64,000 bases of DNA from Malacoraja senta. Lineage: Eukaryota. The first letter of the stretch is position 1, and the number at the start of each line of letters is the position of its first letter. Shown piece after piece: positions 24,872-36,366 of the stretch. The position numbers and the translations under genes were made by a program. The notes under the pieces are model-generated. The model made no database searches. It was not told where the DNA came from and saw nothing but the letters and a program-made list of their open reading frames with translations. Location of the stretch: the NCBI GenBank assembly GCA_038087875.1, contig CM075991.1, positions 248,001-312,000 on the forward strand, in the 5' to 3' direction.

Positions 24872-26845
24872 TATAACCATATAACCATATAACCATAACA
24901 GCACGGAAACAGGCCATCTCGGCCCTTCAAGTCCGTGCCGAACATAATTTTTATTTTTTTATTTTTTAATTAAAAGTAAATACTTCCCCCTAGTCCCATC
25001 TACCTGCACTCAGACCATAACCCTCCATTCCTTTCCCGTCCATATACCCATCCAATCTATTTTTAAAGGATAACATCGAACCTGCCTCCACCACTTCCAC
25101 TGGAAGCTCATTCCACACAGCTACCACTCTCTGAGTAAAGAAGTTCCCCCTAATGTCCCCCTAAACTTCTGACCCTTAATTCTCAAGTCATGTCCCCTTG
25201 TTTGAATGTTCCCTACTCTCAATGGGAAAAGCTTATCCACGTCAACTCTGTCTAACCCGCTCATAATTTTAAAGACCTCTATCAAGTCCCCTCTTAACCT
25301 TCTGCGCTCCAAAGAATAAAGACCTAACTTGTTCAACCTTTCTCTGTAACTTAGTTGCTGAAACCCAGGCAACATTCTAGTAAATCTCCTCTGTACTCTC
25401 TCTATTTTGTTGACATCCTTCCTATAATTAGGCGACCAAAATTGTACTCCATACTCCAGAATTGGCCTCACCAATGCCTTGTACAATTTTAACATTACAT
25501 CCCAACTTCTATATTCAATGCTCTGATTTATAAAGGCCAGCACACCAAAAGCTTTCTTTACCACCCTATCTACATGAGATTCCACCTTCAGGGAACTATG
25601 CACAGTTATTCCTAGATCCCTCTGTTCAACTGCATTCCTCAATTCGCTACCATTTACCGTGTACGTCCTATTTTGATTTGTCCTGCCGAGATGTAGCACC
25701 TCACATTTGTCAGCATTAAACTCCATCTGCCATCTTTCCAGCCCACTCTTCCAAATGGCCTAAATCTCTCTGTAGACTTTGAAAATCGACTTCATTATCC
25801 ACAACACCACCTATCTTAGTATCATCTGCATACTTACTAATCCAATTTTCCACACCTTCATCCAGATCATTGATGTACATGACAAACAACAGTGGACCCA
25901 ACACAGACCCCTGAGGCACCCCACTAGTCACCGGCCTCCAACCTGACAAACAGCCATCCACCATTACTCTCTGGCATCTCCCATTCAGCCACTGTTGAAT
26001 CCATCTTGCTACTCCACCATTAATACCCAACAATTGAATCTTCTTAACCAACCTTCCATGAGGAACCTTGTCAAAGGCCTTACTGAAGTCCATATAGACA
26101 ACATCCACTGCTTTACCCTCATCAATTTCCCTAGTAACCTCTTCGAAAAATTCAAGAAGATTAGTCAAGCATGACCTTCCAGGCACAAATCCATGTTGAC
26201 TGTTCCTAATCAGACCCTGCTTTATCCAGATGCTTATATATATTGTCTTTAAGTATCCTTTCCATTAATTTGCCCACCACTGACGTCAAACTAACAGGTC
26301 TATAATTGCTAGGTTTACTCTTCGAACCCTTTTTAAACAACGGAACAACATGCGCAGTACGCCAATCCTCCGGCACTATTCCCGTTTCTAATGACATTTG
26401 AAATATTTCTGTCATAGAACCCTGCTATTTCTACACTAACTTCCCTCAATGTCCTAGGGAATATCCTGTCAGGACCTGGAGACTTATCCGTTTTGATATT
26501 TTTCAAAAGTGTCCGTACCTCCTCTTCTTTTGAATCTCACAGTTTCCATTGCTACTCTGCTTGTTTCCCTTACCTCACATAATTCCATATCCTTCCGAAG
26601 GAAAGAAATTGTTCAATATCTTCCCCATCTCTTTTGGCTCTGCAGATAGCTGTCCACTCTGACTCTCTAATGGACCAATTTTATTCCTTGTTATCCTTTT
26701 GCTATTAATATAGCTGTAGAAACCCTTTGGATTTACTTTCACCTTACTTGCCAAAGCAACCTCATATCTTCTTTTAGCTTTTCTAATTTCTTTCTTAATA
26801 TTCTTTTACATTCTTTATACTCCTCAAGCACCTCATTTACTTATG
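24872..26845 (-). mobile_element. CR1 LINE (family B)
   Basis: (AACCATAT)n tail at 24872-24900; RT ORFs 25121-26415 with YADD. Confidence 0.93.
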
Positions 26846-27570
26846 ATGTTATAATATTCTTATACCCATTTTCATTAATTGTTATGTATTAGTATACATC
26901 CTAAATTATATTTTGTTTCCTTTCAGCTATATTAAAATTATTTAACTGTTAATAATAAACATCTAACCCTCTATAGGCCCCTTATCCCTCAAAATCCATT
27001 AGTTAATACGTTAGTTAGTCATATTAGTATAATATTAGTATAATAGCCTAACCATCGATTAGTAATATAAAGTTTATATGGTTAGTTAATTCTTTACATT
27101 AAGTATATACTGTATTAATTAAAACTTTTCTTAAGTCCATAGTTTCCTTTGAGTTTCTTTCGAATCTGGTCGCTTTACTTCAGCATGTCTGCTTTTCCCT
27201 TGTTTCTCTTCCACTTTTCCGTTCAAGGTGAAACCAGGGCTCTATTGTCTATTGAAACGAGTTACGTTCAAATTGATGGTGTATTTTATGTTATTGATGT
27301 TTAAAAGTTTTTTTAAACTTAAAATAGGCTGTGGGCGGAGCATCAAAAATGTGTCTAAAAATAGATTTTCGTGACCCGCGTCACCAAACTACATGAAATT
27401 TTCCACAGATTTAGATGAAATATAATTGAGAAGGAAGTCATTGCCAAAAGCTGCACATTAATTAATTAAACATATTAGAAAATAAGATCGGGAAAGTAAG
27501 CGCCATCTAGTGGCCAATGGCCGTATTACACCATGGGCAGCCTATTTCCGTGTTGCAGTCCATTTAAACT

Positions 27571-28100
27571 ATATATAATAATTATAATGATGAATTTTAT
27601 TTATGGGCGCCTTATACCGAGGTCTCAAGGACACCTTACAGAGATTTATGGTTAACATATAATCAGAATAATCAGAATAAAAAAAATAAGTTATAAAGGC
27701 CAATACACAAATCAGGGACAGAATTCCTTCCAAAAACACAAAAAGAAAATCAGAAACACAATTTGAGGAGAGAGCAGCGGCAGCGAAACCGCGCCAGCGT
27801 CCACTCTCCTCTCCGACCGCCATCTTGAACACAGACTAACAAATACAATTACAAACAATTACAAACAAAAATCATCCCCCCACAATGATTTCCACTGTGG
27901 GGGAAGGCACAATGTCCAGTCCCCAGCCCCAGTTCAACCAAAAAGTCAGGCCAAATGAGGCCCCCGCTATTGACTCTACGGAGGCCCGATGATCCTGGCC
28001 GTTCTCGCCGGGTGATGTAGCCCCGGCATCGGGAGAGTCCTCCAGCAGCTGGGCCACCTGGAACGGCCGCATTCCTCACCGGAGGCCGCAACTACGGCTG
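27571..28100 (-). mobile_element. Non-LTR element with L2-like (ATT)n 3' tail; near-identical copy on + at 46580-47100
   Basis: gtaaggtgtccttgag...aaggcgcccataaataaaattcattattattatt tail; near-identical pseudo-ORFs 27872-28072 and 46597-46797. Confidence 0.65.
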
Positions 28101-28348
28101 GAACGGCAGATTTCCCGCAGGCGTCCGCAGCACCTGAAGCCGACAAGGCCGCGCCGATTTGGAGCCACACCGACCAGGTAGGGACCAGGAAGTGGTTTCC
28201 CCTTGATTCCCCCCACATCGAAATGCAAAATAAAGAAAAACAGAGACTTAAATAAAAACTAAAAACTAGAAAAATAAGTACAATTAACGCACGGCTGCTG
28301 TTTGGCAGCCGTTCCTCAAGATATATGATTATACCTATGTATATATAT

Positions 28349-29362
28349 TAGGTATGTTACAAAGCTTACCTTCAGTCGCGCTGTAATTCTGCCACTGGCC
28401 GTGTGCGCGATTTTCGCGCCTTTAAGGGGGGGCGGGGTTAATACGCGGGTTTCTCCTCCCTTGTCCTGGTTAATATTTTGTTGGAGTACAAGCGTTGGCT
28501 GACAAATCGTTACTAGTGGCGATTTGTGTATTTTTTATTTTTATTAAATCGTCAATGTCAGCGCTAGAGTAATTTTTAAAAGCAGCTCCTGAAGCGTCAA
28601 CGCCGATAACGGGGACGGATTTCACACACGGGACAGGTAAACGAAAGTGGTTTCTTTAAATGTATAAAAGTGCTTCTTAAGAAGCCTTTAATTCACATTT
28701 TTTCATACGACACGGTGATTTTATTCCCCGAATTAACGGCAGTATTTTTCATGCTAAACGTTCCAAAAGATCGCGTTCCAGAAATCCTCACTGCAAGATG
28801 ATTTAAATCCCCATTAATTTACAGGCATTAAACATTCAATTCCTTCCATTTGGCCTGTAAATTCATGAAAATGAGATTTAAAAATCATGTTATATTGTGA
28901 ATTATTGTGTGAATGTTATTTGGACACTTAGGCTATTTAAAATGTTAATCTATTCTTAAGAAATTGATAGATGTTTAGATCTAGTAATTGAATTTTGTAA
29001 TTAGCCACAATTAGGTAACTAACTAATTATATGCTTTACTTTCATGTCTTCTAAGTAAGATTGTTTCATATTTGTTTCAGAATGCTTCAATCTATAATAA
29101 CTGAAAATTTCTTTCAGTTATCTTAATTTTTAAGAAAGTTATGGGCTTTTAACTGTCCTCGATCACAGCTTTTGTGTTAAGTCAATGGAAAAGCAATAGG
29201 GAACAAGATGCTAATTTCCGAGTATGAAAATGGCCATAACTTCTTTAATACTGAAGATATGAAAGTGAATTAGGTGTCAAATTAAACTTCTTTTTATGCT
29301 TTATCTGATGGGATAAATTGCAGACTTTATTTTTAAAATCTCAAAATTTTGTAACATTGCTA
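28349..29362. mobile_element. Non-autonomous DNA transposon, TAG...CTA termini, imperfect TIR
   Basis: Left TAGGTATGTTACAAA; right reverse complement TAGCAATGTTACAAA; inserted in a (TA)n run; no ORF. Confidence 0.6.
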
Positions 29363-29897
29363 TATATATATATATATAATATATATATGACGTAAATATG
29401 ACTGTGATCATATATAATTAAGTATAATTATATTATATAAAAATAATATGATGAATATAATTGTGAGTGTTTTTAATGACACTGTTGCAGAGGTCCTGCT
29501 CCTGAACCAGCCTAATTAATAGGTGAGGGCGGTTCTTGTGGGTTCCTCCCTTTACTGAACCCCACTGACTGCCAGTGTACAGAGTGGGGGTCACGGCCAT
29601 AGTGGGACTGGGCAGTTCCAGGCTGGGGGACAGTCCTGCAAGGCATCTTCCAGTCGCTTTAATAGGAAATGTAATGAGACTGCAGCAGAGGTCCCAGGTT
29701 TTAAGGGCTCATGAACCTGCCTAATTAAAGGGTCAGGACAGATCCTCTGGGTTCCCACGTTTACTAAACCCCACTGACTGTCATAGTGGGGAGAATGGAG
29801 GTAACGGCCATAGTGGGACTGGGGCAGTGCCAGGCTGGGTGGCAGACCTGTAAGAGACCTGTCTTACAGTATTTCTGATGTAAATCAGAAATACTGA

Positions 29898-30423
29898 TGG
29901 AAGGACATTATTGCCATAGAGGGAGTGCAGAGAAGGTTCACCAGACTGATTCCTGGGATGTCAGGACTGTCTTATGAAGAAAGACTGGATAGACTTGGTT
30001 TATACTCTCTAGAATTTAGGAGATTGAGAGGGATCTTATAGAAACTTACAAAATTCTTAAGGGGTTGGACAGGCTAGATGCAGGAAGATTGCTCCCGATG
30101 TTGGGGAAGTCCAGGACAAGGGGTCACAGCTTAAGGATAAGGGGGAAATCCTTTAAAACCGAGATGAGAAGAACTTTTTTCACCAGAGAGTGGTGAATCT
30201 CTGGAACTCTCTGCCACAGAGGGTAGTCGAGGTCAGTTCATTGGCTATATTTAAGAGGGAGTTAGATGTGGCCCTTGTGGCTAAAGGGATCAGAGGGTAT
30301 GGAGAGAAGGCAGGTACGGGATACTGAGTTGGATGATCAGCCATGATCATATTGAATGGTGGTGCAGGCTCGAAGGGCCGAATGGCCTACTCCTGCACCT
30401 AATTTCTATGTTTCTATGTTTCT
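29898..30423 (+). mobile_element. 5'-truncated young CR1
   Basis: Matches 34300-34810; (TTTCTATG)n tail. Confidence 0.92.
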
Positions 30424-30599
30424 AAATGTCACATCCTAACCAAGAATCGAATGCTCTGAAGTTTACTCGATGAGTATTCATTTTAAGCTACAATGAGCCT
30501 ATATTTATGTTAGAGACCCCCCGATGGTGCCTTTGCAAATGAGGGCTATTACCTTTAACCTAAAAAAAACTAAAAGTGTTGCATTGTTTGAGTATCTGT

Positions 30600-30835
30600 A
30601 GTTTGGTGTGTGTGTCTGTGTATATTTGTCAAACATGTATCTGTGGATGTGTGTATGTATGTGTGGATGGATGGATGTGTGTGGATGTATGTGTGTGCAT
30701 GGATGTGTACATGTATGTCTGCGTGCGGATGGATGTGTGTGGGTGTGCGGATGTATGTGTGCATGTATGTGTGTGTGTGTGTGCATGCATGGAAGTGTGC
30801 GTACGGGTGGATGTGTGTATGTATGTGTGGATGGA
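30600..30835. repeat. Degenerate (TG)n/(TGTA)n/(GGAT)n microsatellite
   Basis: Direct inspection. Confidence 0.9.
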
Positions 30836-31374
30836 CTGTTGCACTGTCATTCACCAGCACGCCATTATCATAAGTAATTCACTCATTGTTTAAATAATTT
30901 GACCAAATAAACAGTGAAACGATCGACACTAAAATAAAACTTTATATAATCATTTATTACCCCAATTTATTTGTTTACATTACATCTGATCTTCATCTGA
31001 ATATTCTTCATCAGATTCCAAGTCTTTTGATAAGTTTTGATGTCCATTGATGTTACTTCAAGTTCAAGTGGTAGGTCAGGCAGAGGCTACAAAACAAACA
31101 TCTCATAGTCATTAAGTCTGCATGGACCTCAATTCATAAAATTTAAACCTCTTCTTAATATTGAGAATAACACTGTTACTACCATAGATAAATTAGTTCA
31201 TGTTCAAGTTGACATACACCAATTCATTTCTGCGTAAACATCAGCCATTTCTGACCATTTCTCACTCCAATGGCAGCCGATAAAGTGCGATCAATATTCC
31301 TCCCTTTTTCTCCCGTGGTCGGGGCCTGGAAACGGCCGCTAACGACGGCACTATGTACAGCCTCCCCCCACCCC

Positions 31375-31810
31375 CCGCTCCACAAAGCTCGCTGCCCCCC
31401 CTCCCCCTCCACCCTCTCCAGTTCCGCAACGCTCGCTGCCCCCTCCCTCTCCCCAGCTCCACAAAACTCGCTGCCTCCCTCTCCCCAGCTCCACAAAACT
31501 CGCTGCCCCCCTCCCCCTCGCCCCTCTCCAGCTCCACAAAGCTCGCTGCCCCCTCCCTCTCCAGCTCCACAAAGCTCGCTGCCCCCTCCCTCTCCAGCTC
31601 CACAAAGCTCGCTGCCCCCTCCCTCTCCAGCTCCACAAAGCTCGCTGCCCCCTCCCTCCCCAGCTCCACAAAGCTCACTGCCACCCCCCCCCCTCCCTCC
31701 CCCCTCTCCAGTCTCACAACGCTCGCTGCCTCCCTCTCCAGCTCCACAAAGCTCGCTACCTCCCTCTCCCTCCACCCTCTCCAGTTCCGCAACGCTCGCT
31801 CCCCCCTCTG
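31375..31810. repeat. Minisatellite with a unit of about 33 bp (ccagctccacaaagctcgctgccccctccctct)
   Basis: About 10 or more tandem units. Confidence 0.9.
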
Positions 31811-31965
31811 CATATCTCAGCCCGGGCATGGATGAAACAAAGTTTCATTAATGGCGTAGCGCGTTGAAGTGTATATTACGTGACGTCCTTGAGTGCGTTC
31901 TATGCGTTTGCACTTAGTAAACGCCATTCTGAAGGTAGTATTCGTAAAGGAGCATTCGTAATAAG

Positions 31966-34731
31966 GTGGATGAGTTGAACGTGCAGATAGCTATTAATGA
32001 TTATGATATAGTTGGGATCACGGAGACATGGCTCCAGGGTGACCAAGGCTGGGAGCTGAACATCCAGGGATATTCAATATTCAGGAGGGATAGAGAGAAA
32101 GGAAAAGGAGGTGGGGTAGCGTTGCTGGTTAGAGAGGAGATTAACGCAGTGGAAAGGAAGGACATTAGCTTGGAGGATGTGGAATCGGTATGGGTAGAGC
32201 TGCGAAACACTAAGGGGCAGAAAACTCTGGTGGGTGTTGTGTACAGGCCACCTAGCAGTAGTAGTGAAGTTGGGGATAGCATCAAACAGGAAATTAGAAA
32301 TGCGTGCAACAAAGGCAAAACAGTTATAATGGGTGACTTCAAACTACATATAGATTGGGTGAATCAAATTGGCAGGGGTGCTGAGGAAGAGGATTTCTTG
32401 GAATGTATGCGGGATAGTTATCTAAACCAACATGTAGAGGAACCAACGAGAGTGCAGGCTATTCTAGACTGGGTATTGAGTAATGAGGAAGGGTTAGTTA
32501 GCAGTCTCGTTGTGCGTGCCCCCTTGGGCAAGAGTGACCATAATGTGGTTGAGTTCTTCATTAGGATGGAGAGTGACATTGTTAATTCAGAAACAACGGT
32601 TCTGAACTTAAAGAAAGGTAACTTTGAGGGTATGAGACGTGAATTGGCCAAGATTGACTGGCAATTAGTTCTAAAAGGGTTGACGGTGGATATGCAATGG
32701 AAGGCATTTAATGACTGCATGGATGAACTACAAAAATTGTTCATCCCAGTTTGGCAAAAGAATAAATCAGGGAAGGTAGTGCATCCGTGGATAACAAGGG
32801 AAATCAGGGATAGTATCAAAGCAAAAGATGATGCATACAAATTAGCCAGAAAAAGCAGCATACCAGAGGACAGGGAGAAATTCAGAGACCAGCAGAGGAG
32901 CACAAAGGGCTTAATTAGGAAAGGGAAAATAGATTATGAAAGAAAACTGCCAGGGAACATAAAAACTGACTGCAAAAGTTTTTATAGATATGTGAAGAGC
33001 AAGAGATTAGTTAAAACAAATGTAGGTCCCTTGCAGTCAGAAACAGGTGAATTGATCATGGGGAACAAGGATATGGCAGACCAATTGAATAACTACTTTG
33101 GTTCCGTCTTCACTAAGGAAGACATAAATAATCTGCCGGAAATAGCAGGGGACCGCGGGTCAAAGGAGATGGAGGAACTGAGTGAAATCCAGGTTAGTCG
33201 GGAAGTGGTGTTGGGTAAATTGAATGGATTAAAGGCCGATAAATCACCAGGGCCAGATAGGCTGCATCCCAGAGTACTTAAGGAAGTAGCTCCAGAAATA
33301 GTGGATGCATTAGTGATAATTTTTCAAAACTCTTTAGATTCTGGAGTAGTTCCTGAGGATTGGAGGGTAGCAAACGTAACCCCACTTTTTAAGAAGGGAG
33401 GGAGAGAGAAAACGGGGAATTACAGACCAGTTAGTCTAACATCTGTAGTGGGGAAACTGCTAGAGTCAGTTATTAAAGATGGGATAGCAGCACATTTGGA
33501 AAGTGGTGAAATCATTGGACAAAGTCACCATGGATTTACGAAAGGTAAATCATGTCTGACGAATCTTATAGAATTTTTCGAGGATGTAACTAGTAGAGTG
33601 GATAGGGGAGAACCAGTGGATGTGTTGTATCTGGACTTTCAGAAGGCTTTCGACAAGGTCCCACATAAGAGATTAGTATACAAACTTAAAGCACACGGTA
33701 TTGGGGGTTCAGTACTGATGTGGATAGAGAACTGGCTGGCAAACAGGAAGCAAAGAGTAGGAGTAAACGGGTCCTTTTCACAATGGCAGGCAGTGACTAG
33801 TGGGGTACCGCAAGGCTCAGTGCTGGGACCCCAGCTATTTACAATTTATATTAATGAGCTGGATGAGGGAATTGAAGGCAACATCTCTAAGTGTGCGGAT
33901 GACACTAAGCTGGGGGGCAGTGTTAGCTGTGAGGAGGATGCTAGGAGACTGCAAGGTGACTTGGATAGGCTGGGTGAGTGGGCAAATGTTTGGCAGATGC
34001 AGTATAATGTGGATAAATGTGAGGTTATCCACTTTGGTGGCAAAAACAGGAAAGCAGACTATTATCTAAATGGTGGCCGATTAGGAAAAGGGGAGATGCA
34101 GCGAGACCTGGGTGTCATGGTACACCAGTCATTGAAAGTAGGCATGCAGGTGCAGCAGGCAGTGAAGAAAGCGAATGGTATTTTAGCTTTCATAGCAAAA
34201 GGATTTGAGTATAGGAGCAGGGAGGTTCTACTGCAGTTGTACAGGGTCTTGGTGAGACCACACCTGGAGTATTGCATACAGTTTTGGTCTCCAAATCTGA
34301 GGAAGGACATTATAGCCATAGAGGGAGTGCAGAGAAGGTTCACCAGACTGATTCCTGGGATGTCAGGACTTTCATATGAAGAAAGACTGGATAGACTTGG
34401 CTTATACTCGCTAGAATTTAGGAGATTGAGAGGGGATCTTATAGAAACGTACAAAATTCTTATGGGGTTGGACAGGCTAGATGCAGGAAGATTGTTCCCG
34501 ATGTTGGGGAAGTCCAGGACAAGGGGTCACAGCTTAAGGTTAAGGGGGAAATCCTTTAAGACCGAGATGAGAAAAAACTTTTTCACACAGAGAGTGGTGA
34601 ATCTCTGGAAGTCTCTGCCACAGAGGGTAGTTGAGGCCAGTTCATTGGCTATATTTAAGAGGGAGTTAGATGTGGCCCTTGTGGCTAAAGGGATCAGGGG
34701 GTATGGAGAGAAGGCAGGTACGGGATACTGA
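31966..34731 (+). CDS. Uninterrupted CR1 ORF2 (APE endonuclease + RT, 921 aa) of a 5'-truncated CR1 at 31940-34826
   Basis: GITETW, GDF, SDHN endonuclease; [29 protein letters not shown] (FADD in other copies); 3' UTR and tail to about 34826. Confidence 0.93.
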   Translation: MDELNVQIAINDYDIVGITETWLQGDQGWELNIQGYSIFRRDREKGKGGGVALLVREEINAVERKDISLEDVESVWVELRNTKGQKTLVGVVYRPPSSSSEVGDSIKQEIRNACNKGKTVIMGDFKLHIDWVNQIGRGAEEEDFLECMRDSYLNQHVEEPTRVQAILDWVLSNEEGLVSSLVVRAPLGKSDHNVVEFFIRMESDIVNSETTVLNLKKGNFEGMRRELAKIDWQLVLKGLTVDMQWKAFNDCMDELQKLFIPVWQKNKSGKVVHPWITREIRDSIKAKDDAYKLARKSSIPEDREKFRDQQRSTKGLIRKGKIDYERKLPGNIKTDCKSFYRYVKSKRLVKTNVGPLQSETGELIMGNKDMADQLNNYFGSVFTKEDINNLPEIAGDRGSKEMEELSEIQVSREVVLGKLNGLKADKSPGPDRLHPRVLKEVAPEIVDALVIIFQNSLDSGVVPEDWRVANVTPLFKKGGREKTGNYRPVSLTSVVGKLLESVIKDGIAAHLESGEIIGQSHHGFTKGKSCLTNLIEFFEDVTSRVDRGEPVDVLYLDFQKAFDKVPHKRLVYKLKAHGIGGSVLMWIENWLANRKQRVGVNGSFSQWQAVTSGVPQGSVLGPQLFTIYINELDEGIEGNISKCADDTKLGGSVSCEEDARRLQGDLDRLGEWANVWQMQYNVDKCEVIHFGGKNRKADYYLNGGRLGKGEMQRDLGVMVHQSLKVGMQVQQAVKKANGILAFIAKGFEYRSREVLLQLYRVLVRPHLEYCIQFWSPNLRKDIIAIEGVQRRFTRLIPGMSGLSYEERLDRLGLYSLEFRRLRGDLIETYKILMGLDRLDAGRLFPMLGKSRTRGHSLRLRGKSFKTEMRKNFFTQRVVNLWKSLPQRVVEASSLAIFKRELDVALVAKGIRGYGEKAGTGY

Positions 34732-35010
34732 GTTGGATGATCAGCCATGATCATATTGAATGGTGGTGCAGGCTCGAAGGGCCGAACGGCCTACTCCTGC
34801 ACCTATTTTCTATGTATATATGTATGTTATTTAGAACCGGAGTAAAGACCATGGAAAGGATTGTTTGAAGAAGTGAATTTGATGGCTTGTGAATTGCAGC
34901 GACTGCTGGTTAAGATGGTAGTGTGGAAGGAATGCAATGAGCCCATCGTGTTCGAATCGTCAGATGAAAACAACACGTGAAAACCCAGAGCAGACAAGAA
35001 ATAGTGAATA

Positions 35011-36366
35011 CTATATTGTGGGACCCGTTGAGTCCCAGTCACACGGGAGGCCTGATACCCCAACGCAACCAATTCCCCAACACAATATTCCACGAATCAC
35101 ATATAGCTCCTAACTGCGCAGGCGCGGCTCATTTTCCCTCATCCCCCAGCACTCCCTCCCCCTCCTCTTCCTGTGTGGGAGGAAGGGAGGGAAGTGGGTC
35201 TGGGGTGAGAGGGGAGGAGGCGAGTGGGGGTGTGTGGGCAGGGGTGTAGGAGGATAGAGAGCGTGGTGTGGGGTGGTAGGGGAGGTGTGTATCATGTATG
35301 TGTTGTGTCTCGTATGTGTTCGTTCTGCAGCCGGGGCGGGGGGCGGCTTCAGGCGGGGCCTGTCGGGGGACGGGGGGGGGGAGCGCTGCCGTGGCCTTCC
35401 GTTGTAGGGCGCTCCCCCCCCACCCAACCCCCCGGGCCACGACAGCCCTCTCCTGAAACCGTACCCCTCCCCCACTACAGGATTACCCCCGCCGCCCCCG
35501 CCTGAAGCCGTCCCCAGCTGCAGGAGCCTCCCCACCTGTCCCCACCGGCTTCAGGCAGGGGAGCATCCTGCAGCTGGGAATGGGATGGCTTCAGGCGGGG
35601 GCTGGTGGGGGGGGGGGGCGAGAGCGTCCCGCAGCCTGGGGATGGGGACGGCATAGGGCGGGGGCCGGTGGGGGTGGGGGTGGGGGGAGCGTACTGTAGC
35701 TGGCTGAGGGGGCCGCCTTCTGGCGGGGGATTCGAGGGCCGGTGGGGCTGGGAGCGTCCTACAGGCGGGGAGGTGGACGGCTTCAGACGGGCTGTCGGTG
35801 GGGGGGGAGCGTCGTGCAGCAGGGGGAGGGCGCCCGGGCCCGCAAGCTCCTGGCCCCGCCAACGCCATGCTCCCTCCATCGCCCCCAACCCCCCCAACTC
35901 ACACTCCACACTTCCCCAGGATCTCGTGGTTGCAGCAGTCGGTCTCGCAGTCGGCCAGGCTCCGAGCTGCTCCGCACTACGTGCCGCCACCGGGCTCCCT
36001 GACTCAGCGTGGCTTCGGGGCTCAGTTCGGCTTCGGGGCACAGCGCGGCTTCGGATCTCCCCGACACAGCCCGGCCTCCAGGCCTTTATTCTACTCGCCC
36101 CGGTGATTGACAGCGGGTGCCGGAGCACGCGTCGCCATTCCGGCGAATGACAGGAGAGAAGACCAATCTTCGATCTTGCGGTTTTTAAACCTTCATACCT
36201 TTTGTAATATTTCACCGATCGGAACAACCCTTGGTGCACATGCAGCACATGAGAATGGCGAGTAAGGTGGCGAAAAATCGTAGCGCTATCGGGTACAGTT
36301 TTTGCGCAAATGTAAAAACAACGCAAATCGGAAGAGGACAAGATGAGAGTTTTAGTTAAGTCTAGA
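35011..36366 (-). mobile_element. Non-autonomous Helitron with GC-rich internal repeats
   Basis: 5' end TCTAGACTTAACTAAAACTCTCATCTTG at 36366 (compare TCTATATTACTAAAACT at 48644); 3' hairpin GGGACTC-AAC-GGGTCCC near 35020-35036. Confidence 0.7.

Larger units (their letters stand above)
27325..29860. repeat. Unclassified interspersed repeat (copies at about 39148-39660 and 42808-43320), here split by two insertions in its TA-rich stretch
   Basis: 27325-27570 and 29385-29650 align to the contiguous 39148-39660. Confidence 0.8.

Noticed and set aside
30960..31100. Possible minus-strand terminal exon (PLPDLPLELEVTSMD...) after an AG acceptor
   Set aside because: No similarity to GDPD or any protein I recognise; likely a DNA-transposon remnant
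31224..31851. Repetitive ORFs or a CRISPR-like array (also 49050-50230 and 53330-53710)
   Set aside because: Contiguous minisatellites without unique spacers, in eukaryotic DNA, with no cas genes
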